Below, piece by piece: positions 41,478-51,926 of a stretch of DNA of 64,000 bases. A program made the position numbers and the translations under genes. The DNA comes from an uncultured Chthonomonadaceae bacterium (GTDB lineage: Bacteria; Armatimonadota; Chthonomonadetes; Chthonomonadales; Chthonomonadaceae): positions 384,001 to 448,000 of the forward strand of contig CAWIEK010000053.1 in assembly GCA_963835065.1 (NCBI GenBank), given 5' to 3'. Within the stretch, counting starts at the first letter, position 1. Every line of letters starts with the position of its first letter. Below the pieces are notes generated by a model. It did no database searches. It had not been told where the DNA came from and saw only the letters and a program-made list of their open reading frames with translations.

Positions 41478-42674
41478 CTAATGCCTGATGCCTGCTCTGC
41501 GGCGGATGTTGTCCAGAAACACGGTTAGAATGATCACCGCGCCCAGGATTACCGGCTGCAAATCGTTTTTAATATGTACCAGCACCAGTCCTATTGTGAT
41601 AACCGTAATGGTCAATGCGCCGACTAACGCGCCTAAAATGCTGCCCCTGCCCCCGCTCAGGCTTGTGCCGCCGATGACGACGGCGGCGATGGCGTCCAGT
41701 TCGGCTCCCGTACCGGCGTTTGTGCTTGCCAGTCCGAAGCGGGCTGTGACCAGCAATGCGCCTACGCCCGCTCCCAATCCCGCCAGCGCATACGCCAGCG
41801 TTTTGTTTGCGGCCACATCCACGCCGCTCAAACGCGCCGCCTGCTCGTTGCCGCCAATGGAAAGCATGTACCGGCCCGAACGAGTACGGGTCAGCAGCCA
41901 GGTTCCAAGCAGCACCATCAGCAATGTGATAATGACAAGCGGCAAACCCTGCCCCAATGCCAGCAGGCGCGGATAGGGCGTTGCTACGCTGCTGCCGTCA
42001 GTTGCCGTCAGTGTCAGTCCGCGCGCAATCGTGAGCATCCCCAGCGTGGCGACAAACGGCGGCACGCGCCCAAAGGAAACCACCAGGCCGTTAATCACCC
42101 CACATCCCATGCCGACGAGCAGGCCGATGATAATCGCCCCTTCCACTTTCAGCCCGCTCGCTACAGCGCGTGACACCAGTAATCCCAAAAACCCTTCCAC
42201 CAACAGGAACACGCACAGTGACGTGATAAACTGCGGGTTCAAAAGCGCGTTTTCACTGCTGAGACGTGACGTTTTCTGCCGCAGGAAGACGAGCCAGGCG
42301 CACAGTACGGCAACCGGACTTACTGCAAGGCCCACAAGCCACAGAGGCATAACCGGCTTGCCTGTAAGCGCCATTGCCAGCCCTACGCCCGACAGCGCTA
42401 AGACAGACCCGATAGACAAATCTATGCCGCCCGTCAAAATCACAAACGACATGCCCACTGCCAGCACGACATTCCGCGCCGACTGCTGAAGCACGTCCGG
42501 CAAGTTCGCCGCCGTCCAGAAGATGCGCCGAAAATCGGGGTGCAGCGAAAACAGGGCGCACACCAATATCAGCGTGAGCCAGGGACGCAGTATGCCCAAC
42601 AGCCGCGCCTTCCACAAAGCCGTGGCTGCATTTACTTCTACGGAGTGCGGCGGGGGTAAAGGAGGGATGGTCAT
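41478..42674 (-). CDS. sugar ABC transporter permease (RbsC-like)
   Basis: GMSFVILTGGIDLSIGS, PPFVATLGM, IGGNEQAARLSGV, ELDAIAAVVIGGTSLSGGRG. Confidence 0.92.
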   Translation of the reverse strand: MTIPPLPPPHSVEVNAATALWKARLLGILRPWLTLILVCALFSLHPDFRRIFWTAANLPDVLQQSARNVVLAVGMSFVILTGGIDLSIGSVLALSGVGLAMALTGKPVMPLWLVGLAVSPVAVLCAWLVFLRQKTSRLSSENALLNPQFITSLCVFLLVEGFLGLLVSRAVASGLKVEGAIIIGLLVGMGCGVINGLVVSFGRVPPFVATLGMLTIARGLTLTATDGSSVATPYPRLLALGQGLPLVIITLLMVLLGTWLLTRTRSGRYMLSIGGNEQAARLSGVDVAANKTLAYALAGLGAGVGALLVTARFGLASTNAGTGAELDAIAAVVIGGTSLSGGRGSILGALVGALTITVITIGLVLVHIKNDLQPVILGAVIILTVFLDNIRRRAGIRH

Positions 42675-42779
42675 AAAAGGTGAATTATCCTTGATGCTGC
42701 AAGTTGTGCAGGAGTTTGCCTGTAGAGCGTGGAACACGCTGTCAATGATCCCTACCAACGAACAGGAGAATTGAAATCA

Positions 42780-43634
42780 ATGACGACAACTATTCAACCG
42801 GAAGCAACGCCTGATCTGGAAAACCTGCCCGATTTGTCCGGCGAATATGCGCTGGGCGAGGAACAAATTGCCGCCTTCCGGCGGGACGGGCATGTGCTGC
42901 TGCGCCATGTGTGTACGCCCGATGAGATCGCCATATACCGCCCTGTCCTCAACAACGCCACTTATGCGCTGAACAACGAAACGCGCCCGATGGCAGAACG
43001 CGACACGTATGGCCGCGCGTTTTTGCAGACCATGAACCTGTGGCGCAGCGACGAAGCCGCGCGCAAGTTTACGCTGGCAACGCGCTTCGCCAAAATCGCC
43101 GCCGACCTGATGGGGGTGGACGGCGTTCGCCTGTACCACGACCAATCGCTGTACAAGGAAGCGGGCGGCGGGCACACGCCCTGGCATCAGGATCAATACT
43201 ACTGGCCGCTCGATACCACGCACACAGTTACGCTCTGGATGCCGCTCGTGGACGTGCCGATAGATATGGGCGCGCTGACGTTTGCGACGGGTTCGCATCA
43301 GGAAGGATTTCTAGGCCATATCGCTATATCCGACGAGTCCGAGGAGCGGTACGCGCAAATCGTCCAACAAAAAGGCTACAACGTTACCAATGAAGTGATG
43401 CAGGCGGGCGACGCCACGTTTCACGCGGGTTGGACGCTGCACTCCGCGCCCGGCAACGCAGGCAATGCCACGCGGGAAGTGATGACTATTATCTACTTCG
43501 CGGACGGCACACTCGCCCTGAACCCCGACAACCCCAACCGCCAGAACGATCTGGACTCGTGGCTGCCGGGAGTGAAACCGGGTGAACTCGCCGCGAGTGA
43601 AATAAATCCGGTTGTGTACAAGCGCGGAAAATAG
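42780..43634 (+). CDS. phytanoyl-CoA dioxygenase family (Fe/2OG)
   Basis: TPWHQDQYYW, GSH, GDATFH..WTLHSA. Confidence 0.9.
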   Translation: MTTTIQPEATPDLENLPDLSGEYALGEEQIAAFRRDGHVLLRHVCTPDEIAIYRPVLNNATYALNNETRPMAERDTYGRAFLQTMNLWRSDEAARKFTLATRFAKIAADLMGVDGVRLYHDQSLYKEAGGGHTPWHQDQYYWPLDTTHTVTLWMPLVDVPIDMGALTFATGSHQEGFLGHIAISDESEERYAQIVQQKGYNVTNEVMQAGDATFHAGWTLHSAPGNAGNATREVMTIIYFADGTLALNPDNPNRQNDLDSWLPGVKPGELAASEINPVVYKRGK

Positions 43635-43682
43635 TTCGTTTTTTGTGTGGTTATAGTTTACCTCACGCGGCAAAGGGCTTTT

Positions 43683-43780
43683 TGTCTTGAACCATGATTT
43701 ATGTGATTATTAGGATGAGCATGATGGGCTGTTCTTCCTCATGGTAATCATCAAAATCACATAAATCATGGTTCAAGACA
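43683..43780. repeat. AT-rich inverted repeat (26-bp perfect arms)
   Basis: TGTCTTGAACCATGATTTATGTGATT / AATCACATAAATCATGGTTCAAGACA; a single arm recurs at 57038-57074. Confidence 0.85.
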
Positions 43781-43800
43781 ATTAAAATGGAGCGAGCGAC

Positions 43801-45496
43801 TTGAAGTTGGCTGAAGACATTGAGGCAATCAAACTTCGGGGCGCGTACTATACCTCTCCCCTGCTTGTGCATGCCTGCCTGCAGCGCATTGCAACCCTGA
43901 CGGATGCCGGACGTTGTCTGCGGGTTCTGGAGCCTTCCGCCGGGGATGGCGCGTTTGTACGGGGGTTTCGTGATTTTGCGGCGCGCGGGCAATTGGCGTC
44001 GCCGCATCTTACCTGCATCGAACTTTCCGGGGAGGAAGCCGCCAAATGCCGCGAGGCTATGGACTGTTATGGCATTGCAGGACAAACTATTCACAGCAGT
44101 TTTTTCGCCTGGGCGGATGGAAACGAGGAACGTTTTGATGCCGTTGTCGGCAATCCTCCGTTTGTCCGCTATCAGTTTGTGCCCGCGCAAGACCGCATGT
44201 TAGCCGAAATGTTGCTGCGAAGCGAGGGGATTACCTTACAGGGCGTGTCGAACCTGTGGATTCCGTTTGTCCTGTTAAGCCTGCGCCGTTTGAAGCAGGG
44301 CGGGGCGTTTGCGCTCGTGCTGCCGAGTGAACTGCTGACAACCATTTCGGCGGGGCAGGTACGTTCCGACTTGATACGCCACTGCGACGCGCTGCAAATA
44401 GACTTATACCCCCGCGATGCGTTTCCCGACATTTTGCAGGATGTGGTGATTGTCAGCGGCATTTACGCGCAGGACGCGCAAACGGAACGCGCGGCGACAT
44501 TTTGCGAACATACGTCGGGCGGCGTACACTCCTGGCGGCATCGGGTTTCCGCTTCGAGTGAATCCTGGATGCGCTATCTGCTGACGGCTCAGGAATGGGA
44601 AGCGTTCGACAGGGCGCAAAGACTTCCGGGCTTTCACCAACTCAAAAGCGCGGCCACGCTGGGCGTTGCCATTGTCACGGGAGCCAATGACTTTTTCACC
44701 GCAGATGAAAACACCGTTAATCAGTTTGAACTTCACGCCTGGGCGCGTCCCCTGCTGGCGCGTACCGCAGACAGTCCCGGCATCATTTTCAACCAATCAG
44801 ATCAGGAATACGCGCGAACGCAGGGCCGCAAATCGTGGCTGCTGGATTTCAGCGCGTCTCGTCCCGACCCGATGCGGCATCTGCTTGCCGCGCAGTATCT
44901 TCAAGCGGGCGTTGAGCGCGGATTGCCTGAACGGTACAAATGCCGTATTCGCGCCCCCTGGTATCGCGTCCCGCACATCAAATCGGGCGCGCTGATGCTG
45001 CCCAAGCGCGCCCACCAACACCACCGCTTGCTCTTAAACCACGCGCAGGTATTCACTACGGACACCATCTACCGGGGCGAAATGACGCCCGCCTTTGCCG
45101 GCAGGGAAGCCGACTTGGTTTCCGGCTTCCACAACTCCCTGACCCTGCTTTCCGCCGAACTGGAAGGCCGAACCTATGGCGGCGGCGTGTTGGAACTGGT
45201 TCCCTCGGAACTCGCCCGCTTAATTGTTCCCCTCGTCCACACGTCACCTTACTTGGAACATCTGGACAACATCAGCCGACAGGCAGGCGGGCAGCGAGAT
45301 GCCTTCGACGTACTGGTTAAAGAAACGGATCAACTGCTTGGCTGCGATAATACCGGAATATGCGGAAGTGCAGCCATGCCTTAATGCCGCCAGAAAACGC
45401 TTGTGCCTACGACGCTTTCATGGCAGCGAGGGCAAGGTGACAGTACAAGAAAGGATGAACCGCCACCTGCCAAACACCTATTTCGCCATCTCATAG
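43801..45496 (+). CDS. N6-adenine DNA methyltransferase (gamma class); likely frameshift at ~45345 near the 3' end
   Basis: RGAYYTSP, VLEPSAGDGAF, GNPPFVRYQ, EGRTYGGGVLELVPSE. Confidence 0.85.
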
Positions 45497-45501
45497 AACG
45501 C

Positions 45502-46914
45502 CTATTTCGCCATCTCATAAAACGCTTGCGCGTAGATTTTGGCGGCGTTGAGGAGGGTGGACACGGCGATGCGCTCGTCGGGTTCGTGGGCGGGGCCGTC
45601 GCTGCCGCCGGGGAAGCCTGCGCCATACGCGACGACATGGGGCGTGGCGCGGGCGTAGGTTCCGCCGCCCATTGTGCCGGGCTGCGAATCCTCATCTCCC
45701 GTATTTTCGCGGTAGACGCGCAGCAGGGTGGCAACCGGTTCCTGATCTAACGGCACGTACAGCGGGGCTTGATCGTGGATTTCCGCCAGCGTCCAGCCGG
45801 CTTTTTCGCCTACGGGCGTATACGCGGCAATCAGTTCGTCCTTGCTCCACGTCACGGGGTAGCGGATGTTGTAGGTGATGCGGACCTTGTCTTCCGTCGC
45901 TTCCAGTATGCCCAGATTGCTGGTCAGCGGTCCGGCTACGTCGTCCGTGTGCGCGATGCCGAGCGCCTGCCCGGTCGGGTCTACCGTGTCGGCAATCCAG
46001 TCAAGCCACAGTTCGGTATCCGGCAGGTTGAGGGTGGCGAGGGCGCGGGCTAGGCGGGCAACGGCGTTATCGCCACTGGCAGGGCGGGCGCCGTGCGCGG
46101 ATTTGCCGAATGCGGTGATTTTCAGCGTGTCCGCGCCCGGAACCAGAATCACGTTACGATCCCAATAGTTATCCAGAGTTTCGGCAGCGTGGGCAAGCGC
46201 GTCCGGTGAGCCGGTGAGCAGGGCTTCGGCGTAATCGGGAACCATATTGGGGCGCCGCCCACCCGTTGCGCTTGCAATGCGCAGTTCCCCGGCGGTTTGC
46301 GGACGGGCTTTTTCCAGTATTAAGTTGGCGATCCCTTTTTCCGCATAGATGAGCGGGAATCCGGCGTCGGGCGTGAAGCCTAAAACGGGCCGTTCCTCAT
46401 TGGCAACCTCAAAATAGTGGTGAACGCAGCCGAAACCGGACTCTTCATCGCAGCCGAAAATCACGCGGATGCGGCGGCGCAGGGGCAGGCCGCTGTCCAG
46501 CACGGCTTTGGCGGCGAACAGCGCGGCATACGTCGGGCCTTTGTCATCGGAACTGCCCCGCGCATAGATATAGCCGTTGTCCAGTTCCGCGCCATACGGC
46601 GGATGCTGCCAGCCGTCGCCTTCGGGCACGACATCCAGATGCCCCAAAGCGCCGACGTATTCCGCGCCCGCGCCGAATTCCGCATGGCCCGCGTAGCCGT
46701 CTACGTCTTTGGTTTGAAAGCCGAGTTGCTGACATAGATTCAGGGTGTAATCCAGCGCCTCGCGGCACGTCGGGCCGAACGGCGCGTTGGGCTGCGGGTC
46801 GGCCTTCAGGCTGGGGATGCGCAGGACGCCCTGCAAGGCCGTAACGATCTGCTCTTCATGGCTGTCAATCCAGTCATGGAGTTTCTTCACATCGGGATTG
46901 GTGGTCGGGTTCAT
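45502..46914 (-). CDS. pepV: M20 family dipeptidase PepV
   Basis: LGHLDVVP, RGSSDDKGP, GCDEESG, TPDAGFPLIYAEKG, GGGTYAR, HEPDE. Confidence 0.9.
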   Translation of the reverse strand: MNPTTNPDVKKLHDWIDSHEEQIVTALQGVLRIPSLKADPQPNAPFGPTCREALDYTLNLCQQLGFQTKDVDGYAGHAEFGAGAEYVGALGHLDVVPEGDGWQHPPYGAELDNGYIYARGSSDDKGPTYAALFAAKAVLDSGLPLRRRIRVIFGCDEESGFGCVHHYFEVANEERPVLGFTPDAGFPLIYAEKGIANLILEKARPQTAGELRIASATGGRRPNMVPDYAEALLTGSPDALAHAAETLDNYWDRNVILVPGADTLKITAFGKSAHGARPASGDNAVARLARALATLNLPDTELWLDWIADTVDPTGQALGIAHTDDVAGPLTSNLGILEATEDKVRITYNIRYPVTWSKDELIAAYTPVGEKAGWTLAEIHDQAPLYVPLDQEPVATLLRVYRENTGDEDSQPGTMGGGTYARATPHVVAYGAGFPGGSDGPAHEPDERIAVSTLLNAAKIYAQAFYEMAK

Positions 46915-47148
46915 AAGGTTCTTCATTCGCTTTCTGTGGGTTATAATTCGCTTGCTTATTCGCCTGCTTAACGCTTGTGCAAGTTGTTCTGCGCCCATTA
47001 TAGCAAACCACGCGCCGGAAGAAAAGCCCTGCAAGGATTTCCGGGAGAATTTCATTCAAATAGCAGGTTTTTGAACTCCGTTCCGCGCGATTTTTGAGTT
47101 ATAATAAAGCATGATTGTTCGGGAAATGCTTTTCAGGAGAATTGCCTT

Positions 47149-48921
47149 ATGACCGCTCCCCACACCCCGGCTCCGTCCGATACCCCGGTTCCTGCGCCTA
47201 CTGCGGAATACTACGAAAAAATCGTCACCACGCCCCGCCATTCTTCGCGGACGGGCAGGTACATACTGCTTGCCCTGCTGCTGCTGCTGACAGGCGGCGA
47301 GGTGTTGTATATACGGCATGTCCGCGCCAATGACCGGCTGCGCGATGCCGTGCTGCAAGACGACGCCGAACAGACGCGCGACATGCTGCGATTGGGAGCC
47401 GATCCCAATCAGCGCTATGTCAGCGCATTGGAAGAGACGCCCGGCCTGTGGCGCTACATTCCCGGCGTCCGCTCGGCGGAAACCACCTCCACAAAAGGCA
47501 AAACCCTGCTGATGATTGCCGCCGGAGCGGGCCGAAGCGACGTGACGCGGACGCTGCTGGAGCATGGCGCAAACCCAAATGTAAAATCCGCGTCCGGCAT
47601 GACGGCACTGCTGGCCGCATCCGGCGCGCGCGACCCGCTCACGGTAAAACTGCTATTGGATAAAGGGGCCGACCTGCGCGTCCATGACAGCGAAGGCCAC
47701 GCGCCCCTGCACCTGGCCGCCCGCCTTGGCAATGTGGAAACGCTGACCACCCTGCTGGACAACAAAGCGGATTTGGAAGCAAAAGACATGCAGGGCGAGA
47801 CAGCCCTGTTTCTGGCCGCCGCCAACCATCAGGAGGAAGCCGTCAAGCTGCTGCTGGCGCGGGGAGCCGATATCGATTCTTTGTCCGCCGCGCAAACTGA
47901 CCGCTCCAATGCGGAACAACGTTCGCCTTCACAACCTCCAACGGTCATGCAGGAGCATACGACGCCCCTGCTGTGGGCCGCGCAGTTAGGGTCGCCCTCA
48001 CTTGTCAGCGCCATTTGGGACAAGCGCATGGATGCCGATGCGCGGCTCAATTACGGCATTCTGGCGCTGATGCGGGCTGCGCAGTCCGGTTCGGCGGAAA
48101 CCGTGAAAGCGCTGCTGGAGCGCGGCGTTGAGGTTGAAACGCCGGTTCCCACCACGCAGCGTCAATCGCCCTCATACTATTATTTCACGCCCCTGATGAT
48201 TGCCGCCGGTCAGCACAATCCTGCCATTTGCCGCCTCCTGCTGGATAAGGGCGCAAACGTCAATCGGCAGGATGAGGGAGGCTTGACGCCCCTGCTGGCG
48301 GCGGCTACCGCCTCGAACGGCGAAGTTGTTGATCTGCTGCTGGCGCGGGGGGCCGAGGTCAACGTTCACAATGCGCAGGGGGAAACGCCGCTGATGGTGG
48401 CCTGCAACTCGCTTGACGCCACTCGCGCGCTGCTAGCGCATGGAGCCGATGTCAATGCCCGCGACAATCACGGCAACACTGCGCTGATGCACTCGCAAAA
48501 CAACGACGTGATGCGGCTGCTGCTGCAACATGGAGCGGATGCGCATAGCCATAGCGTGGATACCATGCTGCTCGCCCGCGCTACGACGGCGGACGTCGTT
48601 GCCTTGCTGATTGCGCATGGAGCCAACGTCAACGAGCGTGACTCGCGGGGCAAAACCGCCCTGATGCGTACCTTCTATGATCCTGCCATTCCCGCCCTGA
48701 TCGAGCATGGCGCGGATGTCAACATGCGCGATTACGCGGGGCGTACCGCACTCCACGACGCCGTATCGCAAATGTCCCTTCAGCGCGTCAATCTGCTGAT
48801 TGCGCACGGAGCCAACGTCAACGCCGCTGCCACAAACGGTGAAACGCCCCTGTCCCTGGCAAAACAGCGCAATTATGCGCTGGTAATTGATGCGCTCGTG
48901 AAAGCCGGCGCGACGAAGTAA
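47149..48921 (+). CDS. membrane-anchored ankyrin repeat protein
   Basis: N-terminal TM helix, then many G.TPL..A...LL..GA.VN repeats. Confidence 0.9.
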   Translation: MTAPHTPAPSDTPVPAPTAEYYEKIVTTPRHSSRTGRYILLALLLLLTGGEVLYIRHVRANDRLRDAVLQDDAEQTRDMLRLGADPNQRYVSALEETPGLWRYIPGVRSAETTSTKGKTLLMIAAGAGRSDVTRTLLEHGANPNVKSASGMTALLAASGARDPLTVKLLLDKGADLRVHDSEGHAPLHLAARLGNVETLTTLLDNKADLEAKDMQGETALFLAAANHQEEAVKLLLARGADIDSLSAAQTDRSNAEQRSPSQPPTVMQEHTTPLLWAAQLGSPSLVSAIWDKRMDADARLNYGILALMRAAQSGSAETVKALLERGVEVETPVPTTQRQSPSYYYFTPLMIAAGQHNPAICRLLLDKGANVNRQDEGGLTPLLAAATASNGEVVDLLLARGAEVNVHNAQGETPLMVACNSLDATRALLAHGADVNARDNHGNTALMHSQNNDVMRLLLQHGADAHSHSVDTMLLARATTADVVALLIAHGANVNERDSRGKTALMRTFYDPAIPALIEHGADVNMRDYAGRTALHDAVSQMSLQRVNLLIAHGANVNAAATNGETPLSLAKQRNYALVIDALVKAGATK

Positions 48922-48956
48922 GCGCTGCTGCGGGTGGGTTGGAAAAAGGATAATGG

Positions 48957-50675
48957 ATGTTTCCCTTTGCGTTTGTGTTCTCGTGCCTGTCACCGTTTCT
49001 GCCGCTGACAACTTCGCCGCCTGCGGATACACCCGTCGCCCCTGGTAAAACGGAAGCGCAAAAAGATACTCCCGCCCTGCCGCAGCGGAATACAGGCGGT
49101 ACTCCTGTTTCTTCCGTTGCGCCTGTGCTTCCCACGCTGCCTGATGCGCAGGCGAACGGGCAATCGTCTCCACCTGCACAAGAGACTTCACGCCCTGCCC
49201 CTGCCTCGCAAACGGCTTCGCAGGGCGCGGGGCCGGTATCGCCCGCTTATTATCAGCCCGGTTCTCCCACGCCCCCGCCCCTCAACCGCGCGGGTTATCA
49301 GGTATTCGGAACCCTGCGATTGCGCGAGGAAGATTACAACTGGTTCCCCGCCAACAAAGCGAACGGCGCGTACACGTTTTTGGGCGGGTTTGCGCGCGTC
49401 GGTGTCAGCCGGGCGACGCGCACCGAAGATTTTGTCGCCGAGTTCGCCGCGCCGTTTCTGGCCGGACTGCCGACGCAGGCGATTGCGTCCGGCTCGGCTG
49501 GCTCGTTGGGACAGGGCGCGAGTTATGAGGGGGCGAACCACAATCAGGTGGCGAGTTTTTATCTCAAGCAGGGCTATGTCCGTTTCAAGAACGCGGGCAA
49601 TCCGGCCAATACGGTTCGCCTGGGACGCTTTGAAGCGACGGACGGCCTGGAAACGGTCAGCGCCGATCCCTCCCTGGCGTGGATCAAGCAAAATCGCATC
49701 GGGCAGCGACTAATCAGCCCTTCCATTTATACCAACATCGGGCGCAGTTTCGACGGCATACAGGTGGTCAACAACACGCGCCTGCGCAACATCACTGCGG
49801 CGTTTCTGCTGCCCACGCGGGGCAACTATGACCTGAACGGGTGGGATACGCTTTCCGATATTCGGCTCGGCTACCTTGCGGCAACGTATCCGCAACCCGG
49901 CCCTCATGCCAGTGGCGAGGGCCGCTTGTTCGCCCTGCTGTACAATGACAGCCGCGACGGCGGGGTGGTCAAGGTGGACAATCGCCCGCTGACGAACGCG
50001 CAAAACCAGCCTGTTCGCGCCGGGGATAAGGGCGCCATTACGTTTCTCACGCTTGGCGGCAACTACGAGCGCGTGGAACCGTTGGGAAACGGCAAAGTGG
50101 ACGGCATGGTGTGGGGCGCGGGGCAGATGGGACGGTGGGGTTCGCTGCGGCACGGGGCGTTCGCGTTTGTAGCGGAAGCCGGGTATCAGCCTCCTCTTCC
50201 CGCTCTCAAGCCCTGGCTGCGCGTCGGCTACAACTACTACAGCGGCGACGGCAATGCCAACGACGCCATTCACGGCACGTTTACCGCCCCGGAATACACG
50301 TCGCGCACGTTTGCCCGCTTCCCCTTTTTCAATCAGGCCAATCTGGAAGATATTTTCGCGCAACTGCTGCTGCGTCCTACTCCCCGCGTTTCCATTCGCG
50401 CCGACGCGCATGGCCTGCGCCTTGCCCAGAGTCAGGACTTGTGGTATTCGGGCAACGGCGCGTATGAAATCCACAACTTCGGCTTTACCGGCCGTCCAAG
50501 CAACGGCCACAGCAATCTCGCCAATCTGTACGACATCAGCGTAGATTATCAAGCCTATCATGCGCTCACCCTGTCCCTGTACTTCGCGTATGCCGACGGC
50601 GGCGACGTAATCTCCGCCATCTATCGCGGCCACGAAGCCACGTTCGCGTATGCCGAGGCAACGTACCATTTTTGA
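48957..50675 (+). CDS. alginate export (AlgE-like) outer-membrane porin family protein
   Basis: YLKQGYV, VRLGRFE, RSFDG, YSGDGN....HGTF, C-terminal YHF. Confidence 0.7.
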   Translation: MFPFAFVFSCLSPFLPLTTSPPADTPVAPGKTEAQKDTPALPQRNTGGTPVSSVAPVLPTLPDAQANGQSSPPAQETSRPAPASQTASQGAGPVSPAYYQPGSPTPPPLNRAGYQVFGTLRLREEDYNWFPANKANGAYTFLGGFARVGVSRATRTEDFVAEFAAPFLAGLPTQAIASGSAGSLGQGASYEGANHNQVASFYLKQGYVRFKNAGNPANTVRLGRFEATDGLETVSADPSLAWIKQNRIGQRLISPSIYTNIGRSFDGIQVVNNTRLRNITAAFLLPTRGNYDLNGWDTLSDIRLGYLAATYPQPGPHASGEGRLFALLYNDSRDGGVVKVDNRPLTNAQNQPVRAGDKGAITFLTLGGNYERVEPLGNGKVDGMVWGAGQMGRWGSLRHGAFAFVAEAGYQPPLPALKPWLRVGYNYYSGDGNANDAIHGTFTAPEYTSRTFARFPFFNQANLEDIFAQLLLRPTPRVSIRADAHGLRLAQSQDLWYSGNGAYEIHNFGFTGRPSNGHSNLANLYDISVDYQAYHALTLSLYFAYADGGDVISAIYRGHEATFAYAEATYHF

Positions 50676-50761
50676 GGGGAGCATTGAGCGTTGAGCGTTG
50701 AGCGTTGAGGGTAATGCAGCCGCCGAACGTCGGGGCGGCAGTGCTTTGAGCGCATGGGAAA

Positions 50762-51010
50762 AGAAAAGAGATATGTAGAGAGATCGTCGAAATCTTGGCA
50801 ATACAGCGCTTCCAGCACGAGGTCTCGTTGTGTCTGGTTGTAGGAGTTAGAGGCGTCGTGACCTCCGAAGCGTCAGGGCGAACGGGGAGAGTGACCAGGC
50901 ATCTTCTTGCACCTCCCTTCTGGGTTAGATTGTTGAGAGTGGAGAAGAACTCCGAACTTTCAATGGCCCGCCACCTAGCTAGTTAGCAGCCTTTATTAAG
51001 TAGACATTCA
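50762..51010 (-). ncRNA. candidate structured small RNA with mini-ORF (MPGHSPRSP*, 50873-50902), copy 2
   Basis: Homologous to 19025-19190; SD AAGGGAGGT 8 nt before ATG; GC hairpin at ~50716-50743 downstream. Confidence 0.6.
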
Positions 51011-51017
51011 TGTAGTA

Positions 51018-51046
51018 ATAGACCGCGTATGCAGGGAAAAGGTTTC
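51018..51046 (-). promoter_or_regulatory. putative ECF-sigma promoter for copy 2
   Basis: Minus strand GAAACC-N17-GTCTAT. Confidence 0.5.
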
Positions 51047-51321
51047 TATTTTCCAGGCTGTTTGAAACTTTTTTGTCTGTTTTTTCTGGAAGTTGTTGAG
51101 GTGGTCGTAAGCCCTGTTGTGTCCCTACGTTTGGGAACTTAGAGCCTATCCCAACTGGCCGGGTATTGAAAATACCCGGCAGGAAAGTGCAAGCGTCCTG
51201 CGGACGCGAATTCCCGCCTATCGGCTTCAACATTCCACAATTCTCAACTTCGTCCAGCCTTACAAGCCTGAGCGGTTGTCGCTATAATGTACGCATCCGG
51301 CAACAAGGCCGTGACGTGCCA

Positions 51322-51675
51322 ATGGATGCAGAGACAGCAACTATGTCAGATTGTACACGGTCAGAACGTCTAAAGTGGTGGAGTGGCGGTTCTCTTATTG
51401 TCGCTTCTCCAAGCCTTATTTATGCTGCCTATTCCTTCTGTTCTGGTCAGACTTCTATCGGATGGGCTGCGTTGTACGCTGCCGCAGGAGCCATACTGCT
51501 GTATTTATTCATCGTGTGTTTTGTCTTTCAAGATGAATTTATTGAGATGGGGATTATCCCTGTCCTGATCCTATCTATCCTTTTCGTTATTCTCTTTCCG
51601 GTGTTTTTGCAAGCGCGGCAGAAAGCACAAAGGGGACATAACCCACAGATACAAAAGAGCCAGAGGAAGTTGTAG
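51322..51675 (+). CDS. small hypothetical membrane protein
   Basis: Three hydrophobic segments; ends ILFPVFLQARQKAQR. Confidence 0.55.
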   Translation: MDAETATMSDCTRSERLKWWSGGSLIVASPSLIYAAYSFCSGQTSIGWAALYAAAGAILLYLFIVCFVFQDEFIEMGIIPVLILSILFVILFPVFLQARQKAQRGHNPQIQKSQRKL

Positions 51676-51741
51676 AGTTCTTTCGCCTTGCCACTCCAAG
51701 CATTGCACCCTCAACTCTCAACCCTCAACCATTACCCCCTA

Positions 51742-51771
51742 TTGCCAGCGCCCGTACAAAACAGATATAAT
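51742..51771 (+). promoter_or_regulatory. sigma70-type promoter for gatCA
   Basis: TTGCCA-N18-TATAAT about 155 nt before gatC. Confidence 0.5.
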
Positions 51772-51926
51772 GAAGAACCTTTTCCCGCGTTGATGTTGCT
51801 GTGTTGACGGCTTGCGGGAAACTATTTGCGGCCTGAATTTGTCGGTAGAGGAAACAGCGCGGCGTTTTGCCGCACAATCGTTTCTCTTCTCATTCGGCAA
51901 TTGGGAACGCATGACAGGAGTTTGTT

